From Candidatus Dojkabacteria bacterium (GTDB taxonomy: Bacteria > Patescibacteriota > Dojkabacteria > JAFGLO01): a stretch of DNA of 64,000 bases. Both the position numbers and the translations under genes were made by a program. Position 1 is the first letter of the stretch; every line of letters starts with the position of its first letter. The stretch lies in assembly GCA_016927995.1 (NCBI GenBank), contig JAFGLO010000011.1, forward strand, positions 391 through 64,390. Reading direction: 5' to 3'. The notes beneath the pieces are model-generated. The model saw only the letters and a list, made by a program, of their open reading frames with translations, was not told where the DNA came from and searched no databases. Shown here in pieces: positions 1 to 8,700 of the stretch.

Positions 1-292
1 AAAGTTTCGATCTACGAACCTTTCCTCTACCTGCAACCACGAGCTCTTTTATTATGGGTGAGTTAAATAAAAACGTTTTCTCGACTCCTACACCGAAACT
101 GATCTTGCGAACAGTAAAGGTTTTTGTATTTCCCTTGCCCTTAACGGCAATAACCAAGCCCTTGAATACCTGTAGTCTTTCTTTGTCTCCTTCTTTTATG
201 CGAAGGGAGACCTCTACTTTGTCACCCACCTTTACATTTGGTCTTTTTATAACTTGCTTTTCCGTAACATCTTTTACCAAAGCTGTGTTCAT
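1..292 (-). CDS. rplS: 50S ribosomal protein L19 (3' end outside window)
   Basis: Manual translation from ATG at 292: MNTALVKDVTEKQVIKRPNVKVGDKVEVSLRIKEGDKERLQVFKGLVIAVKGKGNTKTFTVRKISFGVGVEKTF...GKVRRSKL, with typical L19 motifs. Not in the ORF track because it runs off the edge. Confidence 0.96.
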   Translation of the reverse strand, partial: MNTALVKDVTEKQVIKRPNVKVGDKVEVSLRIKEGDKERLQVFKGLVIAVKGKGNTKTFTVRKISFGVGVEKTFLFNSPIIKELVVAGRGKVRRSKL

Positions 293-355
293 TTCTCAAA
301 ACATAAAATAAACGCAATTCATGCAAAAGGAAATATACCAAATTTTCCCGCATTC

Positions 356-468
356 GTCCAGTAGGGACAGGTTTCTAACCTGTCCCTACTGGACATGGTT
401 TTCGAACCTGTCCCTACTTGGACATGGTTTTCGAACCTGTCCCTACTGGATATGGTTTTTAACCTGTT
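356..468. repeat. GTAG-type REP-like palindrome followed by tandem half-copies
   Basis: Perfect 18-bp inverted repeat GTCCAGTAGGGACAGGTT-tct-AACCTGTCCCTACTGGAC (356-394), then about 2.5 tandem 28-29 bp units GGACATGGTTTTCGAACCTGTCCCTACT. Confidence 0.8.
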
Positions 469-2333
469 CCTTCGAGGCTGTAACCTTTTGCCTGCAGACT
501 AAAGGCCTTTTTATAAATTCCGTTGTGTTTGGTCAAATCTTCGTGGTTCCCTTGTTCAACGATTTCACCATCTTCAAGAACGTATATTCTATGAGCATTT
601 CTGACGGTTGAGAATCGGTGTGAAATGATAATAACGGTTTTCCGGTCGAAACTATGATAAATATTTTTAAATATTTTGTGTTCGGCTTGGGCATCTATAG
701 AGGCAGTTGGCTCGTCAAGTATTAATATTGGGGCATCACGGTAAAACATTCGGGAAATAGCTATCTTTTGCCACTGTCCCCCCGAAAGATCCGTTCCTTT
801 TGAGAAAGTTTTATCAAGCTTCTGATCATATTTGTTTTCAAGATCAACAATAAATTCATGTGCGTCTGCTTTTTTAGCTGCAGTTTTTACCTGGTCCAGG
901 TCAACTTTTCTGTCAGGATCTCCCAATAATATGTTTTCCTTTACGCTTAAAGAGTGATACTTGTTATATTCCTGGTTTAAAACTCCAATTCGTTTGTAAT
1001 AATCTTTAATATCAATGTTTTTTATTGGTATATCGTCAATCAAGATCTCTCCTTTCTGTGGATCGTGGAATCTAAGAAGCAATTTTATTAATGTAGATTT
1101 GCCGGCACCGTTTTCGCCAACTATTGCAATTTCATCAAACGGATTTATTGTTATATTTATGTTTTTGAGAACATATTTTTTGCTATTTGGATATTTAAAA
1201 GAAACATTTTTAAGCTCAATTTTGGGTGGTGTTTGAGTTTTCGACTTAAGTTTTTGATCACCGTTGATAATCAGTGGGGCAAGTGATTCGATCTTTCTTA
1301 CGTGATCAAGGTAAGAGGCTAAATCGTAAAGATTCAGGAATTCACCGATTGTATAGTCAAGATTACCTGAAAATGATTTAAATTGTCCTTGATAAAATGT
1401 GAAATCACCCACAGAGTATTCGCCTTTTAGTACTTTTTGTAGCAGAAACGCTGTTGCAGCCAGGTATGAAAATGCATTAAGGATTAAGAGTAAAAATCCC
1501 TGGATGAAGTTTTTGTCATATATTTTTTGTTCCATATTAAGCATGTGTTCACCGCTCTTTTTTAGTTCGTTATATAGATAATTATTTGCACCCGAAATCT
1601 TATGTTCGTAAGCGTACCTATCGTCACCTAGATACCAGCCTAACCTTCTTACGAAACGATTTTCTTCTATTCTGTTGTTGTAGTAATCCCAAATCTCTTT
1701 TATAAATTTGCTGTGAATAATGTTTCCCGGGAGGGAAAAGAGGACTATGACTGCCGAAATAAATGGGGACGTTTTAAATGCAAAGTATCCTGACATTGTG
1801 ACTGATAACAGCATAGAAACAAAATTTAAAGATTCTCTTGCAAATTCCTGAACTTTGTAAAAGTTTTCCCAGGCTTTTTGAATAGAGTTTGAGATGTTAG
1901 GGTCTTCGAATTGTTGAATATCCAGGCTCGAGATCTTTTTATGTATTGCATACTCATATTTTCTTAGAAAGTAGTTTCGGAATTTGTTGGCAAGCCATTG
2001 TTCAGTCCGTCTTCCCATGTTGCTCATTGTTGAGATGGCTGTAGAAGCAATTATTATTATGACAACAGGAGAAATTAGTTCTAGTTCAGATATATCTTTA
2101 ACCCCTGTTTGGGTAAGATTTAGGAGCGCATCAATAAATTTACCTGTGTAAAATGAACCTAGTATTGGAAGAATAGTTGTACTAACCGAAGAAAAAAACA
2201 TAAGGATTGTGTAAAACGGCGAGATTTTGAAAAACAATCGATAGACCCAACTTCCATTTCGTATTATCAATCCAAACTTTTGGAGCATGTTCGTGGACTT
2301 TGGTTTTACTTTTTTATTTGTATGCCGGTTCAT
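459..2333 (-). CDS. ABC transporter fused permease/ATP-binding protein (exporter type)
   Basis: N-terminal TM helices, Walker A GENGAGKS, signature LSGGQWQ, Walker B ILILDEPT, H-loop ISHR. Confidence 0.95.
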   Translation of the reverse strand: MNRHTNKKVKPKSTNMLQKFGLIIRNGSWVYRLFFKISPFYTILMFFSSVSTTILPILGSFYTGKFIDALLNLTQTGVKDISELELISPVVIIIIASTAISTMSNMGRRTEQWLANKFRNYFLRKYEYAIHKKISSLDIQQFEDPNISNSIQKAWENFYKVQEFARESLNFVSMLLSVTMSGYFAFKTSPFISAVIVLFSLPGNIIHSKFIKEIWDYYNNRIEENRFVRRLGWYLGDDRYAYEHKISGANNYLYNELKKSGEHMLNMEQKIYDKNFIQGFLLLILNAFSYLAATAFLLQKVLKGEYSVGDFTFYQGQFKSFSGNLDYTIGEFLNLYDLASYLDHVRKIESLAPLIINGDQKLKSKTQTPPKIELKNVSFKYPNSKKYVLKNINITINPFDEIAIVGENGAGKSTLIKLLLRFHDPQKGEILIDDIPIKNIDIKDYYKRIGVLNQEYNKYHSLSVKENILLGDPDRKVDLDQVKTAAKKADAHEFIVDLENKYDQKLDKTFSKGTDLSGGQWQKIAISRMFYRDAPILILDEPTASIDAQAEHKIFKNIYHSFDRKTVIIISHRFSTVRNAHRIYVLEDGEIVEQGNHEDLTKHNGIYKKAFSLQAKGYSLEGTG

Positions 2334-2457
2334 GATTTTCTTATCTATTTAATTATAGTTTGGCAAAACGGTGTATTTTACTATGTATCTATTCGGTTGT
2401 ACAATAAAAATGTATATTGCTGGTTATCATTTTTGTCTTGTTGTATACTTAAAAACC

Positions 2458-3984
2458 ATGAAACCATTTGCGTTAATAATTCTTGATGGACTCGGTGTAG
2501 CCAGAGCATCTAATGGCAATGCCGTTGCTCTTGCAAAAACACCTTTCTTAGAAAAGCTATGGAATAACTATCCTCACGGATATTTAAATGCTGCAGAAGA
2601 AGCTGTAGGGCTACCTGCAGGCATTAATGGTAACAGTGAGGTTGGTCATTTAAATATTGGTGCCGGCAAGGTCGTTTATCAATCACTACTTAGAATAGAT
2701 AGAAGCATCGAAAGCGGTCACCTTCTTAACAACCAAACATTGAAAGCGTTGGTTTCAAAGTTGGCTTTAACCGGTGGTAGAATTCACTTAGCCGGAATTT
2801 TAAGTGATGGCGGTGTACATTCGCATATTAACCATCTATTAGAGATTTTGAGTGTTTTATCAAAGCTTTCTCCCAAGTCTCGTATATTTATCCACTGTTT
2901 TACCGATGGTAGGGACTCCGGTCCTAAATCGGCAGCTACATATTTTGAAAAACTGTCATCTCGCATTCAGATATCAGGGGTTGGTGAAATTGCAACGATT
3001 CTTGGAAGATATTATCTTGATCGTGATGAGAAGTGGGATAGAACAAAAGTTGCATACGATTTATTTACACAGGGAATCGGTAAAAGGATTGATTCTTATA
3101 GTCTTGCACTTAACGATTCCTACGAACAGAATAAAACCGATGAGTTTCTTAATCCTTATGTTCTAAATCCTGACGGAATTGTAAAGGAAGGTGACGCATT
3201 TATATTTCTAAATTTTAGGGCTGATCGTGCCACACAGCTTACTGAAGCTTTTGTTATGCCTGATTTTACTGGATTTCCCAGAGAAATTGTACTTAAAGAT
3301 CTTTTCTTTTCAACAATGATGCTCTATAGTCGGAAGTTCATAGACTATACCCAGTTAATTTTTCCAAGGAACGATATTACGGTTCCCCTTGGCAGGATTT
3401 TAAGTCAGAAGGGAATTACACAACTTCGAATTGCTGAATCAGAAAAATTTCCCCATGTTACTTACTTTTTTAATGGTGGTCAAAATATCGTTTTTGATGG
3501 TGAAGACCGAGTCGAAGTTCCCTCCCCTCGTGATGTTGCCACATATGATCAAAAGCCACAGATGAGCGCAGATGAAGTTACAAGAATATTAGGTTCCAAG
3601 ATTGAGACTGAGCGGTACGGTTTTTATGTTGTGAACTTTGCAAATCCGGATATGGTTGCTCATACTGGGAATCTTCCTGCAAGTATAAAGGCGGTAGAGG
3701 TTGTTGATGAGTGTATGAGCAGAATAGTGCCCCAAATTGTCGGTAGAGGCGGACGAGTTATAGTAACCGCTGATCACGGTAATGCCGAAGAGCTTATTAC
3801 CTCAACGGGAGATATTGATACTGAACATTCAATTAATCCTGTGCCGTTTTGTATTGTGGGTAATGGACTCTCTTCTCGCACCCTTCCAATGGGTAGACTT
3901 TGTGACATTGCGCCCACAGTATTGTCACTTTTAGGTTTTGATGTTCCGTCTGACATGACAGGTAGAGTGTTGTATAATCCTTAA
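2458..3984 (+). CDS. gpmI: 2,3-bisphosphoglycerate-independent phosphoglycerate mutase
   Basis: Motifs LIILDGLG, GNSEVGH, SDGGVHSH, FTDGRD, NFRADRA, NFANPDMVAHTG, TADHGNAE. The ATG at 2458 (MKPFAL) is more likely than the track start at 2371. Confidence 0.97.
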   Translation: MKPFALIILDGLGVARASNGNAVALAKTPFLEKLWNNYPHGYLNAAEEAVGLPAGINGNSEVGHLNIGAGKVVYQSLLRIDRSIESGHLLNNQTLKALVSKLALTGGRIHLAGILSDGGVHSHINHLLEILSVLSKLSPKSRIFIHCFTDGRDSGPKSAATYFEKLSSRIQISGVGEIATILGRYYLDRDEKWDRTKVAYDLFTQGIGKRIDSYSLALNDSYEQNKTDEFLNPYVLNPDGIVKEGDAFIFLNFRADRATQLTEAFVMPDFTGFPREIVLKDLFFSTMMLYSRKFIDYTQLIFPRNDITVPLGRILSQKGITQLRIAESEKFPHVTYFFNGGQNIVFDGEDRVEVPSPRDVATYDQKPQMSADEVTRILGSKIETERYGFYVVNFANPDMVAHTGNLPASIKAVEVVDECMSRIVPQIVGRGGRVIVTADHGNAEELITSTGDIDTEHSINPVPFCIVGNGLSSRTLPMGRLCDIAPTVLSLLGFDVPSDMTGRVLYNP

Positions 3985-4009
3985 GTTATAATTTGTTTGA
4001 TTTTTATTA

Positions 4010-4633
4010 ATGAAATTTTCATTTAGTAAACCCAAACGACTCAAAATAAACATACCTAAGATTGATTTTTCGTTTTTGAAGACTGAATGGGGAATGATAT
4101 CCATTGGAATTTTAGTATGTGTTCTTATTGCCTTTCTTCTCATAAAAATGCTTTCCGGAAGAGATGCCGCACTTCTAGAGTATAGGAGACTAATGGAAGA
4201 GTTAGAGAATACATCAACCGACGATCTAACAAACAATCTTTCCGATGATACCCTCTTGCCTACGCTCTCATTTCTGTCTCAAGATGGTGAAGCCAAGGGT
4301 AACATAAGTTACGTTACCGCTGATACCGAGGAACTTAGGGTTAAAGGGCTCTCCGAGTATGATATTCTTGAGCAGAATATGGGTATGCTTTTTGTATTTG
4401 ACACCATTGTCAATGCTGCATTTACAATGGAGGGCATGAGTTTTCCCCTGGATATTATATTTTTAGATAGCAATGATACTGTTGTCGAAATTGCAAGCAA
4501 ACTTCAACCGTGCGAATCAGATTGCACGCCATATACACCGGCTAGTTCCTATCAATATGCAATCGAGGTAAATGCTGGAGTTGTTAATAACCTTGGAATT
4601 GTTGTTGGCGATATTGTAGTTGCCGGCGAATAA
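4010..4633 (+). CDS. DUF192 domain membrane-anchored protein
   Basis: One TM helix, then GLS...GMLFVF...FTM..MSFPLDIIF...AIEVNAG. Confidence 0.85.
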   Translation: MKFSFSKPKRLKINIPKIDFSFLKTEWGMISIGILVCVLIAFLLIKMLSGRDAALLEYRRLMEELENTSTDDLTNNLSDDTLLPTLSFLSQDGEAKGNISYVTADTEELRVKGLSEYDILEQNMGMLFVFDTIVNAAFTMEGMSFPLDIIFLDSNDTVVEIASKLQPCESDCTPYTPASSYQYAIEVNAGVVNNLGIVVGDIVVAGE

Positions 4634-4681
4634 TTACGGCATATCATAGTTACCTTTGGAGTTCCCTTAGCATTCCTAGGT

Positions 4682-4827
4682 TTTCACAACATCCCCAGCA
4701 ATGGGAATTCAGCCTCATAGACAGTGCTCGTTGATTTTTGTAGTGTCTCCTACCTTTAGGATTGTACTAAACACGAACATTATATTCACGAGGATCCTGA
4801 ATTCCCATTGCTGGGGATGTTGTGAAA
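4682..4827. mobile_element. MITE-like element with 31-bp perfect terminal inverted repeats
   Basis: TTTCACAACATCCCCAGCAATGGGAATTCAG (4682-4712) and its exact reverse complement (4797-4827) around an 84-bp non-coding core, between convergent genes. Confidence 0.55.
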
Positions 4828-4849
4828 GTATTAAAAGCTGTTTCGACGA

Positions 4850-5467
4850 TTAAAGGCTGTTCATTATGTTTGTAATCTTTTGTGCCCAAGCTTCAGGTGT
4901 TACGGGATTGTATACCGGAGCCATAAGTGCGGGTGTTGTGAGTCCTTTTGCATAGTAACCTTTTGCAATACCGTTAACAACTGTAGCAATGGCCTCTTCA
5001 AAGCTTGTATATCCAAGATTACCCCATCCGAATGGATTGTATGGTCGAAAACACACTACTCCACCACCGGATTCAACAATGGAAATTGCAACGATAAGTC
5101 TGTAGTCTACTCCCATTTTTGCCGAGTATCGAACCAGAAATTCCGCAGAAGATGCCATAGGAGCCTTATATTTTTCGTAGAAAGCTTTTACTTTGGTAAC
5201 ATTTGCCATGATTTCTTCTTCTTTTTGCATTCGGGCGGTTTGATTTGCTGATAAATTGCTGTAATTTTCGGTTTTTCCGAAGAAATAGCTGTTGTCAAAT
5301 GGAGTTGTAACAATGTCAGAATAGATGTTTTCATCTTCGACTTTTGATTCAGCTCTAACGGGAAATTTGATACCGGCACCGTAAAGAAATACAAGAGCGT
5401 TTCCTACAACAACTGAGCTAACCCCTACACCGATTGCCAATCCTAACACTTTTTTAAAGGTATTCAC
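4850..5467 (-). CDS. Secreted lysozyme-fold (glucosaminidase-like) peptidoglycan hydrolase
   Basis: N-terminal hydrophobic anchor; VDYRLIVAISIVESGGG, YNPFGWG and YNP motifs. GTG start preceded by AAGGGA. Confidence 0.75.
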   Translation of the reverse strand: MNTFKKVLGLAIGVGVSSVVVGNALVFLYGAGIKFPVRAESKVEDENIYSDIVTTPFDNSYFFGKTENYSNLSANQTARMQKEEEIMANVTKVKAFYEKYKAPMASSAEFLVRYSAKMGVDYRLIVAISIVESGGGVVCFRPYNPFGWGNLGYTSFEEAIATVVNGIAKGYYAKGLTTPALMAPVYNPVTPEAWAQKITNIMNSL

Positions 5468-5475
5468 GCAAAACG

Positions 5476-5569
5476 TGTCCCTTATAAATTAGCCTCGCAT
5501 TCTCTTACAAATTTTTGCAAGGTGCGAGAGTTTGTCCTTGAGATTTCTCCCAAGGGATTCTAAAGAACA
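5476..5569 (-). ncRNA. Candidate cis-regulatory three-way-junction RNA (riboswitch-like) in the hydrolase 5' UTR
   Basis: P1 UGUUCUUUA/UAAGGGACA covers the RBS; P2 CCUUGGGA-GAAA-UCUCAAGG; P3 CUCGCA...UGCGAG. Confidence 0.5.
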
Positions 5570-5581
5570 ATTTATGATTGT

Positions 5582-5610
5582 ATTATACCATGAAAATGGC
5601 ATTTTCTCAA
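5582..5610 (-). promoter_or_regulatory. sigma70-type promoter
   Basis: TTGAGA-17 nt-TATAAT with extended TG on the minus strand. Confidence 0.7.
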
Positions 5611-5700
5611 TGTATCTTTAGTCAAACTCGGGCGAGTATACCCTGGTCTTTGGTGAATGTCAACAGAGTGTCAGAATACTCGCCAAGTTATTTTTTATAA

Positions 5701-8700
5701 TTACTTTTCCTGTTTTCGTCTCGACAATATTATTCCTATAACAAGGAGTATAAACACAAGGATCGGAATAAGAATCCACCAGGGGAATCTATTATTACCT
5801 ATTAGTCTAATGTTTACGTCCGCAGTATCCTTATCAGTTACTTCTATAGTTTTGTTCTCGCCAAGTGAGTACTTTGAAGGTAATTCGTCGTCTATTATTT
5901 TTACAGTATATTTTCCTGGACATACTTTTAGTTCCCAATATCCATTATCGTCTGTTATTGCCTCCATTTGGTAGGTTTTTCCGTCGAACTCGTACTCAAC
6001 AAGGATCTTCTGGTTTGTAAAGATTTTTTCGTTTTCATCCTTTTTGTCATTTTTGTTTTTATCTTCATATACATAACCCGAGATTTTGTATGTAATGCTA
6101 CATCGTTCCTCGGTAGTACCCAGGATATTATTATCAAGGTCCTCTTCTTCCGGCTCCAAAGATTCCGGTTCAGAAACCGGTTCTATAGGAATTATGGGTT
6201 GGATAACCGGTCTAATCGTTACGATCGGTTGAGGAATAATTATTACTACCGGTGGGTTAACTGTTACAGTTACTGATTTTGTTGTACAGGTATTCTCCGA
6301 CAATGGATTGTCAATAAATCTTGCTTCGCAGACTCTCAGAGTAACAGTATAAATACCGGCCGCAAGATATTGTTTTGATGGAATAGTTATGTTTCCCGGA
6401 GTACCGAATGTTCCTAATGATTGAAATCCTTCACCTGTACCGTAATCTATTTCGGCATACCAGGGTGAGTCGTCAGGTACTTCCTGAATCCAACCGGGAT
6501 CACTTATATATGAAGGGTCTCCAAACATTGCGGTGAAGTTAGCGACTCCACCTGTCTCAATTATTTGATTGCTTCCTAATACAACCGCCGGTGCTACATT
6601 ATTAATTGTTATAGTTACCAAATACGCCTCACTTTCATTCCCGGCAAAATCCGTTACGTAGTAACGGATTGTATATACCCCCTCGGGTATATATGAAGTG
6701 TCTGTGGGAACGTCAATATCTGAAAAGTCAATTGTTTCTCCTGTTAAATAGTGGAAAAGTTCGTTTAGTGTTCCTCCATATCCACAACCGTCATATCCGC
6801 AACCAGCCATACTTACATCTATTGCTGTATCAAGGATGGTATATGTTCCATCGGGATCTGTAAACGTTATGACAACGTAAACCATGTCAAGATTCCCGTT
6901 TGTGTCACGCATTTCAAGGTCGTTGAGAAATCCAAGGTTTAGTAATTGACCTTCGGTTAGAATTAGATCGTCAATTGTTGAAATTGTCGGAGCTGTATTG
7001 TCAATATTTAACGGATAAGTGCTTACTGTATAAGTTGTATTATTTGCAAGATCTGTTGCCTTTACGCAAACATACATACCGTTGTGACTTTCGTCTGCTA
7101 TGGTAAATGGTGTGTTTGATTCAAAGCTTTCTGTAAATACGACTGTGTTGTCGCAGGTTCCATCTGTGAATGCATATTGATAAGTTGATGGGTCAGGATT
7201 ATTATCTGTTACTAAGATCGAGATAATGTCTTCAAGATTAAAACCGGCCTCAACGTCATCGATAAAGGTAACGACAGGAGGTGTTACATCGTAAGTTATA
7301 TAACAAGTATTGCTCCAGTCCGAAACCGCGCCGGTTAATGTATCTATTGCCCTGACTCTTGAATAATGTGGAACTTGACCATAACCAAAGCTTCTATAGT
7401 TGGTGTAAGGGTTTGTATAAGGCTCCAGACCCGCCCAGGAGGTTCCGTTTGAAGAGTATTGTCTTTGATATTGTATATTTGGGTTTCCTGCTGAAACATC
7501 TGTCCAATGAACTGATACGCCATTTATATTGGTATAACCGCCTTCACAATCGTATCTTGTTGGTCTTTGGCTAATTGGTGTTCCATCGTTAACATTGTAA
7601 CCAATTTGTACTGGAGTTAAGGGTTGAACAAATCTAAAGCCTACCGCGTCGGCAATGGCAATTTGTCCGCCTGATAAACCCGGACCCTGGAGTACAACAG
7701 AGCCCTGCTCGTTTACAAATGTGTATTCTCCTAACGATACCCAGCCTGATTGAGATTGTTCATAGGTTACTGCGCAGGTTGCTTGATCTATTGTGACAGG
7801 GGAACCGCTGTTTATTGTATATTCTACCTCGCCTCGCGAAGCCGAGGGTTCACATCTGTATTGGGTGTAAACTTCGTAAACACCGTTTAGAAGATCATTT
7901 GTTGTCCATGTGGCTGTGGCGCTGGTTGATCTTAATGTCTGAGTGTCTCCTCCAACGTAGGAACTAGCTATGGCTTGAACACTTGGATCTGAGTGATTGA
8001 CGTGTATGGCCATATTTGCTCCAGAAACAGAGAAAGTTCCGTTGTTATTATGGTCTGAATATAAGGCACTGTCATCAATAACTATATCCATTGGTTCTGC
8101 ATACTTCCACTCTATAGCTGAATCGCTTTCGTTTCCTGCCGAATCTACTGCCGTGACAATATAGTTGTGGAGACCTGTTGTTGAATGTGTGTAACTTAGG
8201 TCTGTTCCTTCATAAATCGGTGTTATTGTATTATTATCGGCGTAAACTCTATAAAGAGTTGCGTTGGATACCGCTTTCCATGTAACTAATATTTCATTTG
8301 TATCCTCCTCTAAAAAGAAAAGTGGGGATTCTGGAGGTGTTGTGTCTAATTCAGTGTAGTCAACCATTCCTAAAACGCTATTGCCTGTTCCGCCTGAGTT
8401 TGTTTCCGGAATACTGCCGTCGCCACCTGTTGTATCGTTGGGACCTGTTGCATCTCCCCAGTTATTTCCTCTTGCATCGATAAGAACAGTAGTTGTTGGA
8501 TCACCGGTTACAGTTGTTGTCCAGTTTGAAAGCCCGTAATTATTGTTTCCGGAGATTGTTACACCATGAATTTCAACATTTGTGACGTAATTTCCTATTG
8601 AGATTCCCCCACCGGAAGCTGTGGTTCCGCCGTTTCCTGTAATTGTGCCGCCATTTATTGTAACTAAATCTAAGGTTGTTGTATTTAGTCCATAGCCTGC

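Noticed and set aside
356-468. Possible CRISPR array
   Set aside because: Units are contiguous with no unique spacers, and no cas genes are in the window.
321-611. 96-aa ORF with repeated TCPYW peptides
   Set aside because: It is a translation of the REP-like tandem repeat and lies antisense to the ABC gene.
5625-5693. Hairpin GGCGAGTAT...ATACTCGCC as an integron attC site
   Set aside because: The ends (AAATAAC / GTTTGAC) do not fit RYYYAAC / GTTRRRY, it is a single copy, and no intI is present; probably a terminator-type stem.
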